A stretch of 64,000 nt of DNA from the human T2T-CHM13v2.0 reference genome, Homo sapiens: NCBI RefSeq assembly GCF_009914755.1, contig NC_060940.1; one strand, 5' to 3'. The position numbers were made by a program, and so were the translations under genes. The first letter of the stretch is position 1. Each line of letters starts with the position of its first letter. Shown here one piece after another: positions 33,752 to 49,498 of this stretch. The notes beneath the pieces were generated by a model. The model saw only the letters and a program-made list of their open reading frames with translations. It searched no databases and was not told the DNA's origin.

Positions 33752-35284
33752 TAGTGGAGACAGGGTTTAGTCAAGTTGGCCAGGCTGGTCTCGAAATCCT
33801 GACCTCATGTGATCCACCCTCCTTGGGCTCCCAAAGTGCTGGGATTACAGATGTGAGCCACCGCACCCAGCCATGCATGTGGAATTTCTGACTCCCTATT
33901 TTCCTTGCTGGGTTTGCAAGCTCCGTGGGGATGTATTTCTGCCTGGTACTGTGGCTGGCACACAGAAGGGGCTCACTGAGTACCTGGGTGAGAAAGAAAA
34001 GGGAAACTAAAGGAAAAGATAGGGTGATAGGGGAGATGTGAATATACTGGTGTGCTCCCCAGGTTCCCACAGCAGAGTGCAGCCACTTGTTCATATACCC
34101 TCTGGATCAGGTCCCCTGGACATGGGATGAGATGAAGCATATGGTAGCACTTTAAGGAACAAGCCTTTGAAATCCCCTTCTGAGCTTTACTGGGTACTTA
34201 GCTCTTTCTTCTGCTTTGGAAAGCTTCAAAGTTATTTCCAAGCCCTAATTACCCCACACACCATAGCCCCAGGCAGCTGCCAAACTTGGCCAAACTTGGC
34301 CTCAACACTCCCAGTTGCAAATTAGAAAACTAAGCACCAAAGTAAAAGCTTGCCTGGGTCCCAAAGAGAAAATCCACCTGAAATGTTCCTTGTTCCTCAG
34401 GAAACCACCTATGGAACAAGGGCTGAGGGCTGAGAATTCTTTGGGCCTCAGTTTCCTCACATGAGTGTGAGACGTTCCCTGCTGTACAATTCCTTGATTC
34501 TCCCCGGTGGATTTACCCAGTTCAGGGGCTGCAAGGAGGTAGCACCCAGGCTGTCAGATGTGTTGTGAGGATCTCAATGTTGTTTTTTTAATTGGAGATT
34601 TTGTGTAAAACTACCTATTTAGAGGTTCTTTTGAAAAATCAATATATCTGGCAACACTGGACTCACTGTTTCCATCTCCATATGTGTAAAACTGGCTGCA
34701 GTTGAACAGTAGCTGCCTCTTTTCTACAGGTCATGTTTTCTCCAGTTTGCCACAGTCCCCACTCCTCCCTGTTGTCTCTGACCTGGCTCACATTACTCAT
34801 TTGTGAAACCTGCTAAACCCTGTGGGCATTCGATTCATAGCTCTTGCAGTAAATGCTTTCCCCTTAGTCACTACTTCTAGCTACACTGGTGTTCTCTCAG
34901 TTTCTCAAAGCCAAACTTTTTCCAGCCGCCGGGCCCTTGCATATACTGTTCCCTCTGCCAGGAACGCTCCTTCCTCCACAAGTTGCAGCTGAAGGGTCAC
35001 CTCCTTTGTCTGAATTGGGTTTCCCTTTATGCATCTGTATTCTTCCATGTCACATGTCACACTTTGTGATTACTCATGGGTGTGATGATTCGTCTGTCTT
35101 CTCTCTCCTCTATTAGAATTAGGAGGGCAAGGACTTGCTTAGTTTAAAGGATTGCTACCTCTGAAGCATACAGTCTAGAACCCAGTACATCTTAGGACCT
35201 TGGTAAATATTTGTGAAATAAATGAATGAATGAATACATGAGTGGGTCTCTGCCAGGCATCCATTCTGTGAGAAGTGGCTCCTA

Positions 35285-35612
<328 letters not shown>

Positions 35613-36251
35613 TCATCCCATCTTCCTGCTTCCTGTGGGGTTGGTAAAAGGATGCCACTCTCTGGCCTCCCTATGTCCTCGGGCCCATGTCAGCAGGTAC
35701 ATGTGTTCTACTTTTCCAGAAGCCCTGGGATGAAAGGTGGGTGAAGACACTTTAGGAGCATTTGCATTCAAACCTGGGTATATTTGTCAGGCAACTGCAG
35801 ATGCCTACAGAGATGACAAAGCTATGAAATGAGGCCTCTTCCACGTGGAGAAAAGGAGGTTTGGCTTGAATTAGATCTATAAAGTCCCAAAGTGGATGCA
35901 GAGGGATGGAAGCTTTGACAATTAGAAGGATTCGAGGTCTCCCTTGAAGTTTAAAAGCGTTCAAGGCAAAGAAACATCTCCTCCAACTGACTTGACTCAG
36001 AAGGATCTTATGAAGTGTTCTGCTCCTGAAGTGTCAAATCCCAGAAGGAACAGCTCCTTGTCATTGTTTAAAACTTGTCCATGTTTAAAAATTGCAATAT
36101 TACCCTGCCCCCCTGCCCCGGCACACACACAGTCCTGATTTTCAATTTCTCTATAAAATCAGAAGAGCTAAGCGGGGCATGGTGGTTCACAACTGTAATC
36201 TCAGCACTCTGGGAGGCTGAAGTGGGCAGATCACTTGAGGTTAGGAGTTCA

Positions 36252-36509
<258 letters not shown>

Positions 36510-37290
36510 TTATTCCCAAATCCCAATATTCAACTGAAGCTCAGACAGTTTGCCATAGTCCCCGCCACCCCCTTTTACCTACAATCAGCCTACTTCACTC
36601 TTGTGTATTAACCACCTAGCCCCTGAATGCACCTCAGTTTGAAATCTTTAATTCAAAGTTTCCCAAGAATTCATCAGCTCTGGATATTGTTGACTCTAAG
36701 GTGATTCCCAAATTGAGACGGGGCCGTTTGCTCCTGGCTGAGCTGGGAACTGAGGGGCCTAAGGTCTACACTTTCCCCAGCCCCCTGCCTCCCAACCGCT
36801 GACCTCTAGGTCCTGTAATTCTAGCACTGGGGCCAAGCACTTCAAAGCCAAACAAGATCTAAATTTAGTTGGCACACATCCTCTTTGGCCTCGACCTGTT
36901 TTCTTCTGCCAGGCAGAGGCTTCTGGACTCTGCTCACTTCCTATTAAAATTAACAAGCGTTGCAGGCAGGCATCAAAGGCTGGGTTGTGCCTTTAATATT
37001 CTAGGCAGGCCCAGGCTGTGATCACAGCCCCTCCCGCTTCCTCTCTTCCAACTGAACTGGGGAAAGTGGTTCGGCTGGGAGTGCCAGAATCAGAACATTG
37101 GCCATCCTTGTCTGTTTGATATCTGCACGAAGGAAAATTCCAGGGCCAGTAGAACATCCCCACAGCAATTTTCTTCAAAGTGCCCTGCAAAAACTGGCCA
37201 ATTATTCTTAAGAAGCACCCTTAAAGGGATATGTTATTACCCTATTTTATTGGCAGAGAAACTGAGGACAAGTAGCTTGCCCAAGGCTAC

Positions 37291-37323
<33 letters not shown>

Positions 37324-37910
37324 AAGAAAAAGAGAGAGAGAGAGAATCAAAGCAGTGACAGCATATATCTGTGTCCATCCCAGGCTCCCTCAGACCTGTA
37401 TCTGGCCCAGGAATTCTAGCACACCCAGGCCTTCATGCCCAGCCAGGGTTGTCGTGGCCACCCTGCCTCATTCTCAGGCTGGGCTTCCCAGATCCAATCT
37501 GTGTGAGGACATTAGGTCAGTAACCCACAGGCACTACTGATGGGGGCAACAAGCTCTGTCAGCCCCTTTACAACACACGAAATGAAAGCTGTGGGTAATT
37601 CTTCTCCTTCTATTAATGCTCAAACTGTCGCCTTTGTTTTTTCTACCTAACATTAATTGGAGATTATCTGATTTTTTTAATTTGTTTTATTTTTTTGAGA
37701 CTGAGTCTCACTCTGTCGCTCAGGCTGGAGTGCAGTGATGCTATCTCGGCTCACTGCAACCTCCACCTTCCAGGTCAAGCGATTCTCCTGCCTCAGCCTC
37801 CTGAGTAGCTGAGATTACAGGCACATGCCACCACGCCTGGCTAATTTTTTTGTATTTTTAGTAGAGATGGGGTTGTTACCATGTTGGCCAGGCTGGTCTT
37901 GAACTCCTGA

Positions 37911-38132
<222 letters not shown>

Positions 38133-39078
38133 TAATTTTTTAAACTCATTTGTGGAGATGGGGGTCTTGTTATGTTGCCCAGGCTGGTCTTAGACTCCTG
38201 GGCTCAAGCTATCCTCTGGCCTCAGCCTCCCGAAATGTTGGGATTACAGGCGTGAGCCACCTCACCCAGCCAATGATCTTATTATTTTCAGAGAACTATA
38301 TATTCATACTGGAGAAATCAACACACAACCAGTGTACAATGGTCTGGGTTTGTAGTGAAATCCCTGCTAGGTGGGTAAGGACTCTCTGGTTTGAGCCTTG
38401 GTGCCGCTACCTGAGGGTTGTTCAAACAGAAGCTCACAGACCCCAGGGATTTCAGAACAGGAGGAAATGGTGGAAATCTGGCAAACCCACTCTGTGTCGA
38501 GCACCCTGCAAGGGCTGCAGGGCCTGAGCTGCTGAATTCACACCCATATCTTTGGGGGAAAAGCATGGGCAAAAAGTGCCTAGGGACAAGGAACAATCAG
38601 TGAAGTTTCTCCCAAGAGGGTCTATGATCCCAATGCCTCCTATACAAACTGGTTTTGGGGAACATTGGCTGGGGGGTTGCCCCTCTGGAAATCTTAGGAA
38701 CAGGCATCCTCCAATCGGTTGTTTTCTTACTCCAGCAACAGTGCTGGGAGGGGCCTGAGCAGTCTTCCAGGTGTGAACCCCTCATTCTTTCAAGGAAATC
38801 GAGGCCGGGGCAGGGAAGTGAACTCGTGAGTGAGCGATGCCAATGGGTAAGTCTGGAGGATTTAGATGCTCTGAGTCCCAGGCTGGTGTTCTTGCACTAG
38901 GAGAGAGAAAAGAAGAGACAGGAGACAAATGAGAGGTGAGAGGGTAAAGGAGGAATGAGAGAAAAGGAGGAGGAGAGAAAAGGGAGAAGAAGGAAAAGAA
39001 GAAGAGATGAGGCCAGATGCAGTGGCTCATGCATGTAATTCTAGTACTTTGGGAGGCCGAGGCGGGCAGATCACCTCA

Positions 39079-39381
<303 letters not shown>

Positions 39382-42042
39382 TTAGTTAATTTCACATCTG
39401 AGCGCACGGTTCTGTGATGCCCGCCAATGGCTTCTTCTCTGGGTATCTGAACTCTTCAATGACATCATAAAACCTTCTTCTTTTTACCATGGGTTGAGCC
39501 ATATGGCACTTTGTGGGGTCCTCGCGGTTGCTTCATCCAAGAAGTTGGTTCTGCGAGGGGCCACACTCCATAGCCGCCTAAGAGGTTTCAAAGGCACCTG
39601 GAGTTTCCTCCCCAATTCGCCAGCCCACTCAGCTGGGTCGCACTGGGGTGGAATGACAGGCAAGACACTTCCCCTGTAGGGCCTCAGGCTCCCAATCTGC
39701 AAATGGGGTTGAGACTAAGAGAAAGTTTGGACCACGTTCCTGCTCTTAGAGCTCTGGCATTCTAGAATTATGTCAATTCCAAGTTATTCTGCTTTCCTCT
39801 TTCTTCTTCAAGTATTTGTGAGAGGCATTACAGACTGTGTCCAGAACTCCTTGCTATGAATTAATTACAACCGGAAGGAAAAGGTTCTAAATGAACGGGG
39901 GATAAAGTGCCAGGAGCCTAATACCGACCTTGCTCAAGTCAGTAAGACCATCCCCCATGGGGTTAGCAACTGCTTTCAGTGGACATGAAGGCCAAGGGTG
40001 CTGATCCAGGCTGCCACCTCCCTCCACTCCCCAGCTACCTTGGACGACCTCCCTGGGGATATACCAGTATGTTCAGCATCTTCATCTTCCAATGGCATTT
40101 TTGAGCTTCCTGAACTGGAAAGTTATTAAAAGTCAGAAGCGTGGAAAGACAGAAACACCCAGTGTGTCTGAGAAAATGATATAAATTGGTCCTAAAGTGG
40201 GATTGGTGAGTGCTGTATCCGACTAAGCAATCATGGGGTGCAGCATGTTAGAAACAACACTGGACCACAGAGAGGAGGTCCACATGGCCAGAGAATTTAC
40301 GATAGCATGCTCAGCCTCAGTAGTAATTAGGGAAATGTAAATCCACAACCAAAGAACTGACATTTCATATCTGTTGTATCTGGTTGGGCTAACCCAAAAC
40401 CTAGCACACTATGTAACTGGCAAAAATTAGAATCCGGGCATGGTGGCTCACACCTGTAATCCCAGTACTTTGGGAAGTTGAAATGGGAGGATCACTTGAG
40501 CCCAGGATTTTGAGCACAACCTGGCCAACATAGTGAGACCCCCATTTCTGCAAAAAAAAAAAAAAATTAGAAAGTCTGATTATACCAAGTGTTGACAAGG
40601 ATGTAGAGAAATGGATACTTGAGTACTTTGCTTATGGGAGTGTCAACATCCACAGTGAGCGATTTGGGAATATCTAGTAAAGTAGAATAAGCACATTCCC
40701 TTCAAACCAGCAAGTCCACTCCTAGGCATGCCCCCTAGAGAAACTGATGCATTTCAAATAAGGAAATATGTCTATGTGGACATTCATTGCAACAGTGTTC
40801 ATCATAATGAAAAAGCAGAAATGTCTACATGCCCATCAACAGGGAAAAAGATAAACTGTGAAATAGTTCTACAGTAGAATACCATAAAGCAGTTAAAATC
40901 ATGGGTAAATTTTGAAATTTCACACTGTTGTAAGATCTCTGGCCACGCGGGGCTCCTCTCCCCTGTGGTCCAGCGTTCTTTCTAACATGCTGATGCTGCA
41001 GCCTCTGATTGCTCAGTGGGACACAGCACTCGCCAGTCCCACTTTGGGACCAGTTTATATCATTTTCTCAGACACACGGGATGCCTCTGTCTTTCCACAC
41101 CTCTGATTTTTAATAACTTCCCAGTTTAGGAACAAAAAAGACAAAAAAAAAAAAAGGTAATAAGCTACATGGAGAATGATGCCATTTTATACAAGGTTTA
41201 TAAACCTGTAACACAAGACTATGTAATTTTTATAGATACATACATATGCAGTAAAAGCAGAAAACTGTGCATGGTCTGGAGACAGTATAGGTCATAAAAA
41301 TAAAAGAAAACTATGTGTGGGCATGATAAACATATAATTTGTAAAATTGGTTCCCTGGTTTGGTGGTGGGATAAGAACGAGATCAGGAAAGATTACGCAG
41401 GGGGTTTCCACAGTCTTTGACTTTTTCCAACTGTTTAAAACATTGAAATGAATAGAACTTAATGCTAATATTTGATAATGTGAGAAGGTTTCATATTTAA
41501 TTCTCAATTCTGGTCTGTTTTAAAAATAGTTGAGAATAAAAAAATAATTTCTATTCTATTAAAAAATTTCTTAGAGACATGGTCTCCCTCTGTCACCCAG
41601 ACTAGAGTGCAGTGGCACAATCATGGCTTGCTGCAGCCTCTTGGCTGGACCTCCTAGGCTCAAGCAATCCTCCTGCCTCAGCCTCCAAAGTAGCTGGGAC
41701 TACAGGTATGTGCCACCATGCCCGGCTCATTTAATTTTTTTAATTTTTTTTTTTTTGAGATGGAATATCGCTTTGTTGCCCAGGCTGGAGTGCAGTGGCA
41801 TGGCTCATGCAACCTCCACCTCCCAGGTTCAAGAGATTCTCCTGCCTCAGCCTCCCAAGTAACTGGCATTACAGGCGGGTGCCACTGTGTCCGGCTAATT
41901 TTTTTTTTATTTTTAGTAGAGACGGGATTTCACCATGTTGGCCAGGCTGGTCTCGAACTCCTGACCTTGTGATCTGCCTGCCTCGGCCTCCCAAAGTGTT
42001 GGGATTACAGGCATGAGCCACCACGCCCGGCCATCATTTTAA

Positions 42043-42288
<246 letters not shown>

Positions 42289-43746
42289 TAACCTTGCTAG
42301 GCAGGGCTTGTATTCAGCAGTTTTCCAACTGGTTCTCACTCAGCACTATCTCCCCTGGTACCATAAAAGCATTATGTGTGAGGGGGGGAAAGGTGGGATG
42401 TACAGGATAAAATGGATTTTTGAAAGAGGAGTTGCCTGTGTAAATAGGGAAAGTGGGGGACAGATGGACCTAGCATCCCATCCGCAGCAGCCCCTACCAT
42501 TCTCCATGAACCCCTGGGGCTCTGAGCATGCACAGCTTGAATACCCCTAGTCCAGCCCCAACATCCCATGAGGAACCTGGAGGCTACCTAGACTGGCAGA
42601 AATGAAGGGACAAGATTAGAGTGAGATGGGTGAGGTGCCTATGAAACAGCATTTCAGGAGGTGCTCACTCTTGGGGTAGTTCAAGTGCCTACTTGCCCTT
42701 GTGTGCCCTCACAGAAATCCTGCCTGTGTTCTCCTTTTCTGATGGTCATGGACATACTCATCACCCCTACTAAAAAAGCAAGCTCCTAAGGACCACGGCT
42801 CAGCTCTGTGTCTGATTCATTCACCCCATCCAGAGGGCAAGCTCAAAGCTTGGCATGCAGTAGGTCTTAAATATTGTTGCTGAAAGATTGATTAAAGAAG
42901 GATAGAAGAAAAAAGAAAGAAAGGAAAAAAATGGCTGGGCAAGGTGGCTAACACATATAATCCCAACATTTTGAGAGACCAAGACAGGAGGATCATTTCA
43001 GGCCGGGAGTTTAAGACCAGCCTGAACAACACAGCAAGACTCTGTCTCTACAAAGAATTTAAAAACAAAATTGGCTGGGCCCAGTGGAGCACACCTGTAG
43101 TTTCAGCTATTCCAGAAGCCAAGGCAGGAGGATCCCCTGAGCTCAGGAGTTTGAGGCTGCAGTGAGCTCTGATTGTGCCACTGTACTCCAACCTGTGTGA
43201 CAGAGTGAGACCCTGTCTTTAAAAGAAAGAAAGAAAAGAAAGAAAAAAAAAACAGAGGAAGGAGAAAGCAAGCAAGGAAGAAAAGAACAAAGAAAAGAAA
43301 GAAAAGAGGAGGGAAGGAGGAAAGGACGGACAGGGAGACTCCTCACCCTCTCCGAAGCCTGCATCTGGGCTGCCAGCCAACCTGGACCAGTCACTTTGCT
43401 GCTGGGGGCAATGAGTGTGGGTAATTGTTGGCTTCAGCCTTACTCATCCTTCCTGGGGGCCGTGTGCAAAGCAGAGGATTTCACTTGCCCAGTGGGTACT
43501 GAATTATAGCTGTGGAGCCGAGTCCCATGTAATTAACCAGCAGCCGCAAGCCCCGGAGAGTCTGTGAAGGTTGCCAAGTGCACAGGTGGTTTGGGCCCTG
43601 AGCAAGGCAACTCCTAATTAGCCTTGGCCTGGTTTTTACAATCCACAGCGCTGAGACCCACCTCCTGGGAGGCTGGCTACACATTGGCTATGGAGTTCCT
43701 TACTGGGGCTCCCAGAGTGGAATAGGGGCCCAGAAAAGCAGAATTT

Positions 43747-43768
43747 TGTGTGTGTGTGTGTGTGTGTG
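43747..43768 (+). repeat. (TG)n microsatellite
   Basis: About 11 TG units read directly. Confidence 0.9.
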
Positions 43769-45708
43769 CATATATTTGGGTTGGGGAGAGAGGCTTTCTT
43801 AGAACTACTCTAAGACAGTAGTTCTTCCATTTATAATCATCTTCCTTTTAAAGATGACACACTGTGTTTAGAAAGGTGATGTGCCTTGTTGAGAGCATTG
43901 GGGCTGAACTCCAAATATATGTGACTCCATATCAAGTTGCCTTATCCCTCCGCTATAAACATGAAACCTTAATATCATCTGCCATTCCTTGAACACTTGG
44001 TGTGTTAAACGTCAGACCTTTATTTTCTCAATTCTCACCATAACTTCATGAGTAGACCCACTTATCCCCATTTTGTAGTTGAAGTTCACAGAGACAAGGG
44101 GGCGTGTCTGAGGTTGTACAGCAAACAGAGAGAGGAGCCAGGATGAAAACCAAGTCTGAAGGTCTGCAGCCCATGATCTTCACTGTGCTGTCTCTTGCTA
44201 GGGAGTGAAGGGCTGACGAGATACGCACAGTCAGCATGGGGAAGACTGGACCATGGCTCACTCTCCAGATGTTAATGGTTGATGAAGCTGGGAGGCAGAA
44301 ACACACACATTGTACCTCAGTTAGATACCATTGCACTTCTTCACACTGATTAGATGGGCACACTTTTCAAAGTCTGAATAAAGGAAGTATCGGAGGAGGT
44401 ACTGGGGAAATAGGGACTCTCAGAAATTGCTAGAAGGAGCATAAATTGGCATAGGATCTTTGGAGATCAATTGCCCCATACAACCTAGCCATCCTTCTAG
44501 GGAGGAATGAACACTCATCTGCGTGGCGTGAACGAGGCTACTCCTTGCAGCATTTTTGTAATAGAGGATACGTGGAAGCAAGTTAAATGTCAGTAGGGGA
44601 ATGGATAAGTAAAATATGGCATATTCATACAATATGATATTATAATCAGGCATCAGCATAGATAGATCTCAAAAACATAATGATGGGGCTGGGCATGGTG
44701 GCTCACGCCTGTAATCCCAGCACTTTGTGGGGCTGAAGCGGGCGGATCACCTGAGGTCAGGCATTCAAGACAAGCCTGGCAAACATGGTGAAACCCCGTC
44801 TCTACTAAAAATACAAAAATTAACTGGGCATGGTGGCTGGAGTCTGTAATCCCAGCTACTTGGGAGGCTGAAGTAGGAGAATCGCTCGAACCTGGGAGGT
44901 GGAGTTGCAGCGAGCCGGGATTGCGCCACTGCACTCCAGCCTGGGCAACAGAGCGAGACTCCACCTCAAAAAAGCAAAAAACAAAAAAACCATAATGATG
45001 GAAGGAAAAAACAGTTGTGGAACAATATTTATGTTATGGTACCACTTATGTACTTTTTAAAAACCTATAAAGCAATACTGTATATATGTATACACATATA
45101 TAAGAAAATAATAAAAACAAGAATGGGGAGAATACACATGAATTTTATCATTGGCTTCCTTTGGAGAGAGAGGGGAGTAGTCTGGGAAGAAATATAAAAG
45201 GAACTTCAATATATTACATTCAACAAATTGAGCCCCTGCTTTTTTCCAGGTACTTTTCTGGACACTGAGTGTATGGCAGTGAGCAAAACAGACCCAAATC
45301 CCTGCACATGTGAAGCTCACATTTTGGAAAAGGAGTCAGACAATAAACAAGGAAAATAAGCAAAATATATAGTATGTTTCATGGTGATAAGTACCAAAGA
45401 GGAAAAAGAAAGCAAAATGCCATGCACATAGTGTGGACATTTTAGATAAGGTGGCCAGAGATTACCTCACCTGAAGGAGAGGAAAAATATATTCAGATAG
45501 CTCAAGCAGATATCTAGGGGAAGATGTTTTAGAGATGTGCAAAGGCCCTGGGGCTGAGGCATGATTGACAAGTTCAAGGACTAAGCAGGCAGAGAGGCTG
45601 GGAAGTGCCAAAGGCAGAGAGGGAACAGGGGCTGACCCGGTGGCCAAGAGCTTTTTTGTTTACTGAGTGAGATGGAAAGCTTCTAATGGATTCTGAGCAG
45701 AGCAGTGA

Positions 45709-46008
<300 letters not shown>

Positions 46009-46585
46009 TGAGCCACCATGCCTGGCTGTAACTTTTATTTTAATAGAATCACTCTGAGTGTTGTGTGGCTAATTAGAGGGTTTGGAGAGAGGTAAAAAGG
46101 ACAGAAAAAAGGGCAGAGGTGGGCAGGCCAATTAGGAAACAAGTGCTGAGTCTAGGGGGGATGATGGTGGCTGGAATCAGGTGGCAGCCATGGAGGCAGA
46201 CAAGACTGTGGGAGGATCTAGCAGGAGGTAAGCAGGAGCAGGAGCTCAGTTGGGGACAGGAGGAATTTGAGATGCTGTTTGACATTCACATGGAGGTGTG
46301 GAGTAGCAGCCAGGCTATGAGATTGGAGATCGGAAGAGAGGCTGGGTTGAAAGCATAAGTTGGGGGCAACCAGCCCATAGGTGGTGTTTAGAGCCATTAG
46401 CCTGTTAATTTATTTATTTAGTTATTTATTTTTGAGATAGAGCCTTGCTCTGTCACCCAGGCTGAAGTGCAGTGGTGCAATCATAGTTCACTGCAGCCTT
46501 GAATTCCTGGGCTCAAGCAATCTTCTCACCTCAGCCTCCCAAGTAGCTACGACTACAGTCACACGCCATCACACCTGGCTTTTTT

Positions 46586-46587
<2 letters not shown>

Positions 46588-46636
<49 letters not shown>
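46588..46636 (+). repeat. T49 homopolymer in the middle A-rich linker of an antisense Alu
   Basis: 49 uninterrupted T between the two Alu arms. Confidence 0.9.
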
Positions 46637-46638
<2 letters not shown>

Positions 46639-48889
46639 TAGAGACAACGTCTTGCTATGTTGGCCAGGCTGGTCTCGAACTCTTGAGCTCAAGTGATCCT
46701 GCCGTCATGGCCTCCCCAAGTGCTGGGATTACAGGCATGAGCCACCGTCCTCAGCCCTGTTAAATTTTTATTTCTTATAATTAAAAGAGCTGAAGTAAAT
46801 AGGGCAGTGTCAACATCTGTTAATTCTGGGTGGTAGATACAGTGGTGTTTGGAATACTTTTCTTTGTACTTTTTAGTATCTTTGAACTTTTTTCTAACAA
46901 AAAATTAATTAATAAACAGCTTATAAAGCCACAGAGGCTTTAATGTGCTGAACCATTCTGTCACGAGGGCTTCGGACGTAAGGCATGACTGCCAGCAACA
47001 AGTTGAGAAGTCAAATTCAAATATCCCCTGTCACCAACCTAAGCTCAGTGGCAGGGCTTGGCCCCATCTCTCTGGGCTCCTGTTTTCCTATTTGGACAAC
47101 AAGGGGCTGACTTCCGACTTATCAGGGTTCTTCTAGTGCTGATCATCTAGGAGTCAAGCTGTTGCCCCACAGGCCACTCTGCCCACTCTGATTTTACCCC
47201 CACGCTCTCCTGCCTAATCCTATATATAAGGCCAGAAATACCCCCAAGAGAGGCCTCTGTAGGTGAAAGGTCAACTTTGCCTCCAAACAAACAGAAACTG
47301 CAGCAAAGAGAATCAGAAAGGACAGTGCCCCGTGCTCTCTTGGCCCTGGGACCCAAAAGTTAAGTTGAGTGTAAAAGCTGGGAGCCCCGAGACTAAAAAT
47401 GCCACAGTATTTACGGCTGATGAATGCATCCTGCTCAGGACTGCAGAACCATGTGGGGATCTACGAGCCTGAAACATACAAATGGGTGGGTGGCCAAACC
47501 AAACTACCAATTTGTATTAGACACAGATTGTGATAATCATATTAATAGTAATAATGTTGGTGATAATAATGTTGCGCCAGATTTTGAACTCAGTGCTTAA
47601 TATATGTTCTCTCATTTGACCTCCACAACAACAGTGCTGTAGGGTTGTCATTTGCACGAGCTAGATTTTGCAGATCAGGAAACTGAGACTCAGAGAAGTC
47701 AAGCAGCTTGAACTCCTGGGCTCAAGCAATCCTCCCGCTTCAGCCTCCCAAGGTGCTGGGATTACAGATATGAGACACCACATCTGGCCTGGTTTTGATA
47801 TTATCATTTAGTTGGGGCCTTAAGCAACTTCACACTGTCCATCATCCAAGGAAAAAGCGATTCCTGGCCTAGGCAGAGGAGGGAGAAAGATGGCTTCAAT
47901 AAGGGTGAAGGGAAATCGCTTCCTCTCTCTGGTCTCACTTGGTTAGGCCAGACCCTCTAAACCATTAATACTTGCTGGAGGGCAGCCCAAGAGGTGGAGG
48001 AGGCTGGGCCTGCCACGAGAGATGTGCCGGAACTGGGCTGGGGGTGCAAGCCCGGGAAGATGGATCCAGCTTCAAGACTCTGGGAGCAGCCACACCTGGT
48101 CATGGGTCTCCTGGACTGAGATGTCCTCCCAAACTTCTGAACCATAAACTACTTTTACTCATCATTGGCTCCCCAGTGCCCAGCACAGTGCCTGGCCCTT
48201 GGAGGGTGATAAATGAATACATGTCCCCTACTAGGCTGTGAACTCCTTTAAGGGAGGCACCACTTGGGGATCACTACAGTATTGCCCCCTCCTCCCCTCC
48301 CCAGTGCCTGCCACAGTGACCTGCTGATGACCATGGATCCAAATCCCTTTCTCCTCATTAGAAGCTCTCAGTCCAAAATCCGTGGTTCCATGGGTCAGAC
48401 TGAGGCCCAGGTGGTCCTTATGGGTGAATGATGGAGACCCCACCAAGCTGAGAACTGGGAGGAATGATCTCCACTGTTTATGGCCAGGCCGGTTTTTTGC
48501 CTTTCTGAATGGCAACGGCATATTTCAGCAGAGGTCCTCAGTAGAGCCACATGCAGGAGATACATGCATTTGTCCACTCGTCACTCACTTAGTCATTTGT
48601 TCACTTATATATCCACTCTCTCACTCATGCCTTCAGTCATTTGATTACTCATCTGATTAATTCATCCATTCATCCAACATTGTGCAGAACATTGAACAGG
48701 TTTAGAGATGCTTCAGGCACAGTTTTTTTACCTGAGAGCTCCCAGATTGGGGCGAGAAAGGTAAGAGCCATGAAGACAAATAATCATACAGCAGCTTAGC
48801 AAGTAGTAAATGTCATGAGAAATGTACAGACACATCAGCCAAGGGATACAGAGAGAGAGATTTCTCCCAACTAAGAAAGGGAGTGATCA

Positions 48890-49156
<267 letters not shown>

Positions 49157-49199
49157 TTAGCCAGGTGTGGGGGCTTGTGCCTGTGGTTTCAGCTATTCA

Positions 49200-49358
<159 letters not shown>

Positions 49359-49498
49359 TTATAATGGAGATGAAGAGGTGGTTAAATCTCTCCCAAGTCC
49401 CCTCTTGCTGCTTCTGCTTTGTGTGTGGTCTAGAAGGAAAGGTTGCATGTTCTGGATGGGCACAACTCCCTGATTTTCCACCCTCTCACTCATGGGGA

